Shown piece by piece: positions 34,765 through 44,061 of a stretch of DNA of 64,000 nucleotides (position 1 is the first letter of the stretch; each line of letters starts with the position of its first letter). The translations under genes and the position numbers were made by a program. The notes under the pieces were generated by a model. The model had not been told where the DNA came from. It saw nothing but the letters and a program-made list of their open reading frames with translations, and did not search any database. The stretch comes from an uncultured Clostridia bacterium (GTDB lineage Bacteria > Bacillota > Clostridia > Christensenellales > Borkfalkiaceae): positions 2,173-66,172 of the forward strand of contig CALVLT010000008.1 in NCBI GenBank assembly GCA_944340905.1, written 5' to 3'.

Positions 34765-34819
34765 AGATAACCTCCTTATCATTCCCCTTATTTCAAGATT
34801 TTAGTGCCTTGCCGCGCAA

Positions 34820-35938
34820 TTACAGCATTCTGCCCTTTGCAATGAAGTAAGGCAGTTCTTCACACCCTGCAAGATGACGCCTGTCGCGGACAACGACGTT
34901 CTTGTCCGTAATGACGCAGTCAAGCTGTACGCCCGAGCCGATCACGGTGTCCTGCATGATGATGGAATTTCTGACGACGCTCCCCTTTCCGATCTTGACG
35001 CCGCGGAAGAGGATGCAGTTCTCCACCGTTCCCTCGATCTCACATCCGTCCGAAATAAGCGAATTCTTCACCTGCGCGCCGTCCGCATACTTGCTGGGCG
35101 CGGAGTCGCGCACCTTCGTGTAGATATCCCGCGCGCCGAACAAGGCGTCGCGCACGTCCTTTTGCAGCAGCTCCATGCTGTGCTGATAGTACTTTTGCAG
35201 GGAATCGACGCCCGCGTAGTACCCCTCGAAGTTATAGCCGTAGATTTTGAGCGTATCGACGTTTTTGCTGAGAATATCCTTGCCGAAACTGGACAGCCCG
35301 CGCGTGACCGCATCCTGAATGATATTGATGAGGAACTCGCGATTGAGCACCATGATATTGATGTAGACGTTGTTTTTGGACTTTGCCTTGAGACGGGGAT
35401 TGATCTTCATGCCCGTGATTCGGCCGTCCTCGCCCGGCGTCAGCGTCATATAGTAGCCCGAATCGACGGGACCTTCTTCGACGTGATAAACCATCGTGAT
35501 GTCTGCGCCCTTCTCCTCGTGATAGGCGAGAATGGCGGCGTAGTCGATGCGCGCGATGCCGTCGCAGTCGGAAATGACGACATAGTCCTCATTCCTGTGG
35601 TTGAGGAATCCCGTGATGCCCTTCAGCGCCTCCAGGCGGTTGGTGTAGGGCGCGTCCGTCTCGTCCGAATAGGGAGGCAGCAGAATGATGCCGCCGTCCT
35701 TGCGGGCGAGGTCCCAGTCCTTCCCGCTGCCGAGGTGGTCGAGCAGGGACTGGTAATTGTACTTGGTGACCACCCCCACCGTCGTGATCCCCGCGTTCAC
35801 CATGTTGGAGAGCGTGAAATCGATGAGGCGGTACCGCCCGCCGAATGGAATGGACGCCATTGTCCTGTGACGGGACAGCTCCGGGATGTTTTCATCGTGT
35901 ACGTTGGAAAAAATAACTCCCACTGCAGAATTCGCCAT
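34820..35938 (-). CDS. glgD: glucose-1-phosphate adenylyltransferase regulatory subunit GlgD
   Basis: ATG 35938 (MANSAVGVIFSN..SIPFGGRYRLIDFTLSNMVNAGI). It is a GlgC paralogue lacking the GGxGxRL motif and sits in the position after glgC. Confidence 0.85.
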   Translation of the reverse strand: MANSAVGVIFSNVHDENIPELSRHRTMASIPFGGRYRLIDFTLSNMVNAGITTVGVVTKYNYQSLLDHLGSGKDWDLARKDGGIILLPPYSDETDAPYTNRLEALKGITGFLNHRNEDYVVISDCDGIARIDYAAILAYHEEKGADITMVYHVEEGPVDSGYYMTLTPGEDGRITGMKINPRLKAKSKNNVYINIMVLNREFLINIIQDAVTRGLSSFGKDILSKNVDTLKIYGYNFEGYYAGVDSLQKYYQHSMELLQKDVRDALFGARDIYTKVRDSAPSKYADGAQVKNSLISDGCEIEGTVENCILFRGVKIGKGSVVRNSIIMQDTVIGSGVQLDCVITDKNVVVRDRRHLAGCEELPYFIAKGRML

Positions 35939-35942
35939 TTGT

Positions 35943-37139
35943 TTACTCCCCCTTATAGTCCTTGTCAAGGATCTGGCCGCCGGCGACCTGTGCGCCCGCG
36001 CCGATCGTGATATTCCTGCCCAGCACCGCGATGCCGGCGCTCTTTTCCCGCTCCTCGCCGACAACGGCGCCGCTCTCGATGACGGTGTTCTCGTCCACGA
36101 TGGAATAGAGTACTTTGGCGCCCCTGCGCACGACTGCCCCCGCCATGAGGATACTGTCTACGACTTCCGCCCCCTCTTCCACCACGACGTTGCTCGAGAG
36201 AACGGAGTTGATGACCGTTCCGCCGATCTCACAGCCCAGAGAGATGAGCGAGTTTCCGATGACCGCCTTTTCCCCGATATATTCGGGCGGCGCAAGCGGA
36301 TTGCGCGAATGGATCTTCCAGTCGGGATCGTTCACATCGAAGGCAGGCTCTTCGCCCAGAAGGTCCATGTTCGCCTCCCAAAGCGAGGAGATGGTGCCGA
36401 CGTCCTTCCAGTAACCGCTGAACCGGTAGGAGAACATCTTTTCTCCCGCATTCAGCATGGCGGGGAGCACGTCCTTGCCGAAGTCCTTGCTTGAGCTGGG
36501 ATTTTCGTCGTCCTCGGTCAGGTACTTGAAGAGCTTGCTTGCCGTAAAGATGTAGATGCCCATCGAGGCGAGGTTGCTCTTGGGCTGTTTGGGCTTTTCC
36601 TCGAACTGATAGATCGAGCCGTCCTCGTTGGTGTTGAGGATGCCGAAACGGGACGCTTCCTTCATAGGGACCTCGATGGCGGCGATGGTGCAGTCCGCCC
36701 CCGTCGCCTTGTGCGCCTTGAGCATGGCAGCATAGTCCATCTTGTAGATATGGTCGCCCGAAAGAATGAGGACGTAGTCGGGATTGTACTTCTGCATGAA
36801 CGCCATATTCTGATAGATGGCGTTTGCCGTGCCCTCGAACCAGGACGATTTCTTCTTCGCCTGATAAGGCGAGAGAATATGGACGCCGCCGAAGGAGCGG
36901 TCAAGGTCCCACGGCTGTCCGTTTCCGATATATTCATTCAGTTCGAGCGGCTCGTACTGCGTGAGCACGCCCACCGTATCGATGCCCGAATTGATGCAGT
37001 TCGAGAGCGGGAAATCGATGATGCGGTACTTCCCTCCGAACGCAACCGCCGGCTTTGCAATGTTGTTCGTGAGCGCGTAGAGGCGGCTGCCTTGTCCGCC
37101 CGCGAGCAGCATTGCGACACATTCTTTCTTTCTTTGCAT
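35943..37139 (-). CDS. glgC: glucose-1-phosphate adenylyltransferase
   Basis: [34 protein letters not shown] and a left-handed beta-helix C-terminus. Confidence 0.95.
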   Translation of the reverse strand: MQRKKECVAMLLAGGQGSRLYALTNNIAKPAVAFGGKYRIIDFPLSNCINSGIDTVGVLTQYEPLELNEYIGNGQPWDLDRSFGGVHILSPYQAKKKSSWFEGTANAIYQNMAFMQKYNPDYVLILSGDHIYKMDYAAMLKAHKATGADCTIAAIEVPMKEASRFGILNTNEDGSIYQFEEKPKQPKSNLASMGIYIFTASKLFKYLTEDDENPSSSKDFGKDVLPAMLNAGEKMFSYRFSGYWKDVGTISSLWEANMDLLGEEPAFDVNDPDWKIHSRNPLAPPEYIGEKAVIGNSLISLGCEIGGTVINSVLSSNVVVEEGAEVVDSILMAGAVVRRGAKVLYSIVDENTVIESGAVVGEEREKSAGIAVLGRNITIGAGAQVAGGQILDKDYKGE

Positions 37140-37169
37140 AAAGAACCCCCTGATATCATTTCGTTTTGT

Positions 37170-39185
37170 CTATTTCATCGGCGTTTTTGCCGCAGAACCC
37201 TTTGCCGCCGCGCCCGTCCGCTTTGCCGCGGGCCGCGCTGCTCTTTCTTCTTCCGCCTCGCGCACCAGGTACAGACAGGTCAGCTTGGGCATATCGATGC
37301 CGATGGAGAACTGTTTGCCATGGCTGGGCTTTTTGACGGAGGAGAGCACCCGCTTTCCGAGCTTTCCCTCCCCGCCGTATCTCTTGTCGTCCGTGTTGAA
37401 CAGCAACCTGTATTTCGCACGCTGCGGCACGCCGAGGCGGTAGCCCGGCATATCCACACCCGAGAAACACACGACGGCGATGACTTCGTTCCCCGTCCTG
37501 TCCCTGCGGGCGAATGCCACGATATTCTTGTCAGCATCGTCGGGCGCGAGCCATTCAAAGCCGTCCCAGGAATCCTCAACCTCGTAGAACGCGGGCGTCG
37601 TGCGGTAGAGATCGTTGAGCTCCCTGACCATCAGCGAGAGCTTTCCGTGCAGCTCGTAGCTGTCGCGCAGGAAGAATTCCAGCCCCTCGTGGTAGTCCCA
37701 TTCCTTGAACTGTCCGAACTCATAGCCCATGAAGTTGAGCTTTTTCCCCGGGTGCGCCATCATGTAGCCAAGGAAGGAGCGCACGCCCGCAAACTTTTCC
37801 TCATACGTTCCCGGCATCTTGTTGATGAGCGAACACTTCCCGTGCACCACCTCGTCATGCGAAATGGGAAGGACATAGTTCTCTGAAAAGGCATACATCA
37901 TGGAGAAGGTCAGCTTGCTGTGGTTATAGCTCCTGAAATAGGGATTGAGGCAGATATACGAGAGCATATCGTTCATCCAGCCCATATTCCACTTGAAATT
38001 GAACCCCAGCCCGCCGACGGAACCGGGCTTGGTGACAAGCCCCCACGCCGTCGATTCCTCCGCGATCATGAGCGCATACGGATAGCGCAGGAACACCGCC
38101 TCATTGAGCCTTCTGAGGAAGGCGATGGCCTCCAGGTTCTTGTTTTCGCCGTAGATATTGGGCACCCACTCCCCGGGGCGCTTGTCGTAATCGAGATAGA
38201 GCATGGAGGCGACGGCATCCACGCGCAGTCCGTCCACATGGAATTTATCGAAGAAGAAACAGGCGTCCGAAATGAGGAAGGAGAGCACCTCGTTGCGGCC
38301 GTAATCAAAGCGGCGGGTGCCCCAGCTCTTGTGCTCCATCCTGTCCCACTGGCTGCTCTCATACAGCGGCTGCCCGTCAAATTCGTACAGGCCGTGCGCA
38401 TCCTTGGGGAAGTGCGCGGGCACCCAGTCGAGGATGACGCCGATGCCCGCCCTATGGAATTCATCGACAAGGTACATAAAGTCCTTGGGCGTGCCCATGC
38501 GGGAGGTGACGGCAAAGTAGCCCGTCACCTGGTAGCCCCACGAACCCTCAAAGGGGAATTCGGTCACGGGCATGAATTCCACGTGCGTATAACCCATCTC
38601 CTTGACGTAAGGCACAAGCTCGCGCGCAAGGTCGAGATAGGAATAGAAGTTCCCGTCCGCATGCCGTTTCCATGAGAGCAGGTTGACTTCATAGATATTC
38701 ATGGGAGAGGCAAAAATATTCCGTTTGCCGGTCTCTTCAAAATATGACTTGTCCTTCCACTCGTAGCCCTCGAGGTCGTAGAGCTTGGAGGCGGTCGCGG
38801 GCGGCGTCTCGGTGTGGAATCCCACGGGGTCCGCCTTCATCAGCTGCCTGCCGTCGGCGGCCGTGATGCAGTACTTATAGGTGTCGTACTCTTTCAGCCC
38901 GGGGATAAAGCGTTCAAAGCTCTCTCCGTCTACCATGCGCTCCATCACGTGGCTGTCCGCATTCCAATTGTTGAAGTCGCCCACGACGCTGACGCTGCGC
39001 GCGTGCGGCGCCCAGACGCGGAATACGTAGCCCTCCTGCCCGTCGCGCACCTCTTTGTGCGCGCCGAACAGCTCATAGATACGGTCGTTCTTGCCGTGGT
39101 GGTAGAGATAGAGCGGGAAATCGTTCATGCTGCCCTCCCTCTCCTGTGTACGCTGTTCCTGACTGAGCATCTTGTTCTCTTCCAA
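37170..39185 (-). CDS. glgB: 1,4-alpha-glucan branching enzyme
   Basis: GH13_9 signatures (DWVPAHF, GLRVDAVASM, AEESTAW). The start is uncertain: TTG 39185 has a GGAG SD, with alternatives ATG 39170 and 39128. Basic Ala/Lys-rich C-terminal tail. Confidence 0.9.
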   Translation of the reverse strand: MEENKMLSQEQRTQEREGSMNDFPLYLYHHGKNDRIYELFGAHKEVRDGQEGYVFRVWAPHARSVSVVGDFNNWNADSHVMERMVDGESFERFIPGLKEYDTYKYCITAADGRQLMKADPVGFHTETPPATASKLYDLEGYEWKDKSYFEETGKRNIFASPMNIYEVNLLSWKRHADGNFYSYLDLARELVPYVKEMGYTHVEFMPVTEFPFEGSWGYQVTGYFAVTSRMGTPKDFMYLVDEFHRAGIGVILDWVPAHFPKDAHGLYEFDGQPLYESSQWDRMEHKSWGTRRFDYGRNEVLSFLISDACFFFDKFHVDGLRVDAVASMLYLDYDKRPGEWVPNIYGENKNLEAIAFLRRLNEAVFLRYPYALMIAEESTAWGLVTKPGSVGGLGFNFKWNMGWMNDMLSYICLNPYFRSYNHSKLTFSMMYAFSENYVLPISHDEVVHGKCSLINKMPGTYEEKFAGVRSFLGYMMAHPGKKLNFMGYEFGQFKEWDYHEGLEFFLRDSYELHGKLSLMVRELNDLYRTTPAFYEVEDSWDGFEWLAPDDADKNIVAFARRDRTGNEVIAVVCFSGVDMPGYRLGVPQRAKYRLLFNTDDKRYGGEGKLGKRVLSSVKKPSHGKQFSIGIDMPKLTCLYLVREAEEERAARPAAKRTGAAAKGSAAKTPMK

Positions 39186-39242
39186 AATGTATCGCTCCCC
39201 CTGCTTTTTGTGCGGACGGAAGGACCGCCCTGTATCGCTCCT

Positions 39243-39271
39243 ATTATACTATATTTTGCGCTCGGTTTCAA
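39243..39271 (-). promoter_or_regulatory. glycogen operon promoter
   Basis: - strand TTGAAA-N17-TATAAT, about 55 nt upstream of the glgB start. Confidence 0.5.
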
Positions 39272-39344
39272 TACCCAAAATGCATTTTTTAGCGTTTTTT
39301 TGCAAAAAATTTGTGGCAGAACCCCCGCTTGCTCCCAAAAAAAT

Positions 39345-39365
39345 CCCTTCGGGCGGCCCGAAGGG
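39345..39365 (-). terminator. ilvC terminator
   Basis: CCCTTCGGG-ccg-CCCGAAGGG followed by T7 on the - strand. Confidence 0.75.
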
Positions 39366-39373
39366 AAATCTGG

Positions 39374-40423
39374 TTATTTTGTTTCGCTGTATTTGTCCTC
39401 TTTGTTCCACGAATACAGTTCGCGCAGCTCCTCGCCCACCTTCTCGAGCATATGCGCAGCCTCCCGTTCGCGGCAGGCGTTGAAGTGCGCCCGTCCGCCG
39501 CTCCTGTTCTCGGAGATCCATTTGGAGGCAAACGTGCCGTCCTGGATCTCGGCGAGCACGCGGCGCATCTCCTGCTTGGTCTCGTCGGTGATGAGGCGCT
39601 TGCCCGTCTCATAGTCTCCGAATTCCGCCGTATCGGAAATGGAATAGCGCATCTTTTTGAATCCGCCGTTGTAGATGAGATCGACGATGAGTTTCATCTC
39701 ATGGATGCACTCGAAATAGGCGTTGCGGGGATCATAGCCCGCCTCCACAAGCACCTCGAAGCCCGCCTTCATGAGCGCCGTCACGCCGCCGCACAGCACT
39801 GCCTGCTCACCGAAGAGGTCGGTCTCCGTCTCGCACTTGAAGGTGGTCTCCAGCACGCCCGCGCGCGCCCCGCCGATGCCGAGGGCATAGGCAAGCGCGA
39901 TGTCCATCGTGTCCCCCGAGGGATCCTGATAGACGGCGACGAGGTCGGGAACGCCGTGCCCTTCCACATACTCGCTGCGCACCGTGTGGCCGGGACCTTT
40001 GGGCGCGATCATGAACACGTTGACGTCTGCGGGCGGCACGATCTGCTTGAAGTGGATGTTGAACCCGTGCGCGAACGCAAGATATTTTCCCTCGGTCAGG
40101 ACGGGCGCGACGCTCTCCTTGTAGATGTCCGCCATCTTCTCGTCGGGCGTGAGCATCATGATGATGTCCGCCTTTTGCGCCGCCTCGCGGACGGGATACA
40201 CTTCAAAGCCCGCCTCCTTGGCAATGGGCCACGTCCTTCCGCCCTCGTTGAGGCCGATGATGACGCGCACGCCGCTGTCCTTGAGGTTGAGCGCATGGGC
40301 ATGTCCCTGGCTGCCGAATCCGATGACGGCGACCGTCTTGCCCTTGAGACGCTTCAGATCGCAGTCCGCCTCGTGAAAAATGCGTGCCTGCTGGGTTTCG
40401 GGATCGTAGATCTTATGTGCCAT
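39374..40423 (-). CDS. ilvC: ketol-acid reductoisomerase
   Basis: ATG 40423 (MAHKIYDPE..) with a [25 protein letters not shown] Rossmann motif. Confidence 0.95.
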   Translation of the reverse strand: MAHKIYDPETQQARIFHEADCDLKRLKGKTVAVIGFGSQGHAHALNLKDSGVRVIIGLNEGGRTWPIAKEAGFEVYPVREAAQKADIIMMLTPDEKMADIYKESVAPVLTEGKYLAFAHGFNIHFKQIVPPADVNVFMIAPKGPGHTVRSEYVEGHGVPDLVAVYQDPSGDTMDIALAYALGIGGARAGVLETTFKCETETDLFGEQAVLCGGVTALMKAGFEVLVEAGYDPRNAYFECIHEMKLIVDLIYNGGFKKMRYSISDTAEFGDYETGKRLITDETKQEMRRVLAEIQDGTFASKWISENRSGGRAHFNACREREAAHMLEKVGEELRELYSWNKEDKYSETK

Positions 40424-40453
40424 GATAGTCCTCCGTGTTCTCTCTTTGACATT

Positions 40454-40483
40454 ATTATACCCCTCAGCCCGCGCTTGCGTCAA
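40454..40483 (-). promoter_or_regulatory. ilvC promoter
   Basis: - strand TTGACG-N18-TATAAT, giving a ~30-nt leader with SD. Confidence 0.5.
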
Positions 40484-40542
40484 GCAATCGGCGGTCATTT
40501 TTATGCAAAATCCCCGATTGCAGTTTTCAATTTCTCCGATTG

Positions 40543-40571
40543 TTGCATTTTTCCTGCATATATGCTATAAT
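40543..40571 (+). promoter_or_regulatory. promoter of the DUF815 ATPase gene
   Basis: TTGCAT-N17-TGcTATAAT. A GGAG SD lies 7 nt before ATG 40597. Confidence 0.5.
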
Positions 40572-40596
40572 CTTCAAAAATCCCACGGAGCAAACC

Positions 40597-41739
40597 ATGA
40601 ACGATTTGCATTCCCTGACCGTCCTTGCGGGCATCCTCTCCGACCCGCTCATCGCGGCGTTTGCCGACATGCGCGCGGGCGCCGATCAAACGGCTTTCCT
40701 GCGCCTGTGCTATGCGCGCGGGGCGGAAGAACGGTTTGCGCGCTACGTTGCCGACGCCGTCCTTGCCGACGAAAACGCCTTTTCGCGCGCCTGCGCAAGG
40801 GGTGAGGCGCCCTCCGGACTTGTCCGCGCCGCCTTTCTTGCCGATCTAAACACGATCGCCGCCAACCTTGCGGACGGCGACGGCTACCGCGCGGGAGAGA
40901 CGCCCGAATTGCTGCGCGGCTGGAACGGGGAGAGCGTCGCACGGCTGGAAAAGTATTACGCCGCGAACGGCTGCGGCATCTGGCTGTCCCATACGGCGTT
41001 CCGCTATACGCAGGGCGCGTTCCGCCCCATCCTCACCCCCTCCCGCGTGACGCTTGCCGACCTCAAGGGCTACGAGGCGGAAAAGGCGGCGGTGCGCGAC
41101 AACTTTGAAAATTTTGTGCGCGGCCTGCCCTATTCGGATATGCTGCTCTACGGCGACAGGGGCACGGGAAAGTCCTCCACCGTCCATGCGATGGTCAACC
41201 TGTTTGCCGCGCAAAAACTGCGCCTCGTGGAGATCGAAAAGGAAAATATCCTCTCCCTTCCCGAACTGCGCGCCGCGCTCGCGCCCGAACCCATGAAGTT
41301 CGTCGTGTTCATCGACGATTTCTCCCTGCGCGAGGACGACGACCGCGTCTCCACGCTCAAGGCCGCCCTGCAGGGCAGCATGGAGGGCCACGCGGGCAAT
41401 GTAATGATCGTTGCCACGAGCAACCGCCGCCACATCGTGGACGAGAGCTTTGAAACGCGCAGGAACAGCGTGCATGCGGGCGACAGCGAGGAGGAACTCC
41501 TGTCTCTTTCCGACCGCTTCGGCATCACCGTCCTGTTTGCCTCGACGGATAAACGCGCCTACCTCGGCATCGTGCATGCGCTCGCCGCCGACCTCGGCAT
41601 TCACACGCCCGCGCAAGAGCTGGACGCACTTGCCGAGCAGTGGGCGCTGCTGCGGGGCGGACGTTCCCCCCGCCGCGCAAGGCAGTTCGCGGACTATGTA
41701 TACGCCTGTGAGCGCAAGGGAAAGCCCGTCGAACTGTGA
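40597..41739 (+). CDS. AAA-type ATP-binding protein (DUF815-like)
   Basis: ATG 40597 (MNDLHSLTVL..). Walker A LLYGDRGTGKSSTV and Walker B VVFIDDF. Confidence 0.7.
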   Translation: MNDLHSLTVLAGILSDPLIAAFADMRAGADQTAFLRLCYARGAEERFARYVADAVLADENAFSRACARGEAPSGLVRAAFLADLNTIAANLADGDGYRAGETPELLRGWNGESVARLEKYYAANGCGIWLSHTAFRYTQGAFRPILTPSRVTLADLKGYEAEKAAVRDNFENFVRGLPYSDMLLYGDRGTGKSSTVHAMVNLFAAQKLRLVEIEKENILSLPELRAALAPEPMKFVVFIDDFSLREDDDRVSTLKAALQGSMEGHAGNVMIVATSNRRHIVDESFETRRNSVHAGDSEEELLSLSDRFGITVLFASTDKRAYLGIVHALAADLGIHTPAQELDALAEQWALLRGGRSPRRARQFADYVYACERKGKPVEL

Positions 41740-43062
41740 TCAGTCGAGCAGACCGCGCACGATATCGTCGATATCCCCCGCGCCGAGCACGAGAATGAGG
41801 TCATCGCTGCTTACCTCCTGCATGAGACGCCGCCTGAGATCGGGCGGCGTCTGCACGTACTGCGCCTCGGGAATGCGGCTGACGAGCGCGGGAGCGCTCC
41901 CCTCGAAGAAGAAACGCTCGCGCGCGGCATAGGTGCGGTAGATGATGGGATTTTCCGCACGCTTGAGCACGCGGACAAAGTCCGCCATGAAGTCGCGCGT
42001 GCGCGTATAGGTGTGCGGCTGAAATACGACGCGCACCGTGCCGCGGCAAAGCCCCTCCGCCGTGGAGAGCGCGGCGGCGATCTCGGCGGGATGATGGGCG
42101 TAATCGCTTATGACGGGAATGCCGCCCAACGTTCCCGCGCGCTCAAAGCGGCGGCGTACACCGTGAAAGCCCTCCAGCCCCTGCGCGATCTCGCGCGGGG
42201 AAAGCCCCGCAAGGCGGGCGGCGGAATAGGCGGCAAGGGCGTTGAGCACCTGCACCCGCCCCAATACCCCGAGCCGGATGCGCGCGACGGGGATGCTCTT
42301 TTCGGTGAGCGTAAAGGCATAGCGCTCCCCGTCCGACTGGAGGCGAGTGGCGCGGATGTCGCCCGCATACAGCCCGAAGGAGAGGGCGTGCGGAATGCGG
42401 ACGGCGTGCTCGTCGTCCGCATTGACGACGGCAGACTTTGCACTCGCCGCAAATTGCCTGTATGCCTCGATGAGTTCCTGTGCGCTCCTGTAGCAGTCGG
42501 TGTGGTCGAGGTCGGTGTTGAGCACGACGGCGACCTCGCTGTGCAGGGAGAGAAAGCTGCGGCGGAATTCGCATGCCTCCGTCAGAAAATATTCCCTGCC
42601 CGTCGTGCGGTAATTTCCGAAGTCGAGGTCCTCTCCGCCGATGTGGCAGGTGGCGGCGCACCCCGCATGGAAAAAGACATGGGCGAGCATGGAGGTCGCC
42701 GAGGTCTTTCCGTGGCAGCCCGCCACCGAGAGGACGTGCGGATACTCCTGCGCAATGCGCCCGAGCAGCTGCGCCCGCGTGAGCACCGTTTTCCCGTCGC
42801 CGCGCGCCCGCTCGAGCAGGGCGGAATGCACGTCGACCGCCTCCGTATAAACGACGGTCCGTTCGCTGACCTCGTCCATTGCACCGACCGTGACGGGAAT
42901 CCCCCGTTCGCGCAGCCTGTGCACGAAGGCGCTCTCCCTTGCATCGCAGCCGCGCACCGCGACCCCTCGGTCGGCGAGCAGACAGGCGAGCGCGCTCATG
43001 CTGACGCCGCCGATCCCCACAAAATAGACGCCCCCGCCGCACGTTTCGGAAAAGAAAGACAT
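41740..43062 (-). CDS. murC: UDP-N-acetylmuramate--L-alanine ligase
   Basis: ATG 43062 (MSFFSETCGGGVYFVGIGGVSMSAL..). Mur ligase motifs GCHGKTSATSM and DYAHHP. Confidence 0.9.
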   Translation of the reverse strand: MSFFSETCGGGVYFVGIGGVSMSALACLLADRGVAVRGCDARESAFVHRLRERGIPVTVGAMDEVSERTVVYTEAVDVHSALLERARGDGKTVLTRAQLLGRIAQEYPHVLSVAGCHGKTSATSMLAHVFFHAGCAATCHIGGEDLDFGNYRTTGREYFLTEACEFRRSFLSLHSEVAVVLNTDLDHTDCYRSAQELIEAYRQFAASAKSAVVNADDEHAVRIPHALSFGLYAGDIRATRLQSDGERYAFTLTEKSIPVARIRLGVLGRVQVLNALAAYSAARLAGLSPREIAQGLEGFHGVRRRFERAGTLGGIPVISDYAHHPAEIAAALSTAEGLCRGTVRVVFQPHTYTRTRDFMADFVRVLKRAENPIIYRTYAARERFFFEGSAPALVSRIPEAQYVQTPPDLRRRLMQEVSSDDLILVLGAGDIDDIVRGLLD

Positions 43063-43146
43063 ACCGCATCGTATGCCGGAACGAGAACAAAAGGTGCGAT
43101 ATTCCCCCTTTATACAAAAAAAATTGATAAATTTTGGAAAAACCCC

Positions 43147-43175
43147 TTGCAAAGTGAGCAAATCCGTGTTAATAT
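43147..43175 (+). promoter_or_regulatory. spoVG promoter candidate
   Basis: TTGCAA-N17-TAATAT, about 40 nt upstream of ATG 43216, which has an AGGGGGA SD. Confidence 0.4.
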
Positions 43176-43215
43176 AGTGAATGTAAGGGGGGAACTCCTA
43201 CAGGGGGAAATTCAT

Positions 43216-43506
43216 ATGAAGATCAATGATGTACGTGTTCGGGAAGTCCGCAACCTTGCGGGCAAGCTCAAGGCCGTGGTGTCCGTGACCATTGACGACT
43301 GTTTTGTGGTGCACGACATCAAAATTTTCGAGCGGGACGACGGGTATGCGATCGCCATGCCCAGCCGCAAGACGGCGGACGGGAAGTACAAGGACGTTGC
43401 GCATCCGCTCAATTCCGAAACGCGGGAGATGCTGCAGGAGATCATTCTTGCGGCGTACCGCCGCTTTTTAGAGGAAAGCGACGCGCCGCAGAGCGCGGAG
43501 GCCTGA
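43216..43506 (+). CDS. spoVG: SpoVG family protein
   Basis: 96 aa, MKINDVRVREV...LKAVVSVTIDDCFVVHDIKIFE...YAIAMPSRK. It is the in-frame 3' part of spurious ORF 42013..43506. Confidence 0.9.
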   Translation: MKINDVRVREVRNLAGKLKAVVSVTIDDCFVVHDIKIFERDDGYAIAMPSRKTADGKYKDVAHPLNSETREMLQEIILAAYRRFLEESDAPQSAEA

Positions 43507-43660
43507 CAACAGGCGATCGCCGCTTTTTCAGGCGGCGAACGAACATGTCTTGCCGATCATCCATGCAGACATTCTGCATGCGCTTGAACCAAGAAATCGC
43601 CGTTTCGGGGGACGATTTCGTGCGCCGCTGCGCATGGCAGCGCAAGGTTTTCATTTCCAT

Positions 43661-43694
43661 AAAAAAAGCACGTCCAGTGCGGACGTGTTTTTTT
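43661..43694. terminator. bidirectional terminator (cold-shock gene / spoVG side)
   Basis: A7-G-CACGTCC-agtgc-GGACGTG-T7. Confidence 0.7.
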
Positions 43695-43708
43695 GTTGTT
43701 CGAGTTTC

Positions 43709-43921
43709 TTAAGAAACGGGTACGACGTTGACTGCACGCAGCTTGCCGCTGTCCTTGGGGTCGGGTTCGGTCTCAAACGTGACCTTCTGCCCTTCCTTCA
43801 ACGTGCGGAATCCCTCCGTCTGAATGGCGGAGAAATGCACAAACACATCGTCACCGCCCTCATCGTTGGCAATAAAGCCGTATCCCTTTCCGTCGTTGAA
43901 CCATTTTACAGTTCCGTTCAT
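43709..43921 (-). CDS. cold-shock protein (CspA family)
   Basis: 70 aa, [25 protein letters not shown] (RNP1/RNP2 motifs), with a GGAGGT SD. Confidence 0.95.
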   Translation of the reverse strand: MNGTVKWFNDGKGYGFIANDEGGDDVFVHFSAIQTEGFRTLKEGQKVTFETEPDPKDSGKLRAVNVVPVS

Positions 43922-43999
43922 ATAGTTACCTCCTGTCGGCGCGCAGTGTAAACGTACGCACCGATGCGTCACGAGTCATGCTTATCCACGCCAAGACCC

Positions 44000-44028
44000 A
44001 TTATACTCTCATGCGCGGTGATTGTCAA
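44000..44028 (-). promoter_or_regulatory. cold-shock gene promoter with ~75-nt leader
   Basis: - strand TTGACA-N17-TATAAT. Confidence 0.55.
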
Positions 44029-44061
44029 GACCCAATTTTGAAAAATTTGGTTATTTTTTGA

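Noticed and set aside
37872-37882. GACATAGTTCT (glgB) and GATATAGTTCT (nrdD, 61258-61268), which are 10/11 matches to the AGTACTAT(G/A)TC arm.
   Set aside because: Both are fully explained as Asn-Tyr-Val/Ile codons (AAC TAT GTC/ATC) in conserved enzyme regions, and there is no second arm. They are kept out of the motif count.
40447-40460. Motif-like strings TGACATTATTATAC (40447-40460), CTATTATATCCTGTCAG (52436-52452) and CTGACAATATTATTATA (56814-56830).
   Set aside because: Each is explained by a - strand promoter -10 box (TATAAT) followed by ..TGTCA. at the ilvC, TVP38 and flavodoxin promoters. The second half of the palindrome is missing.
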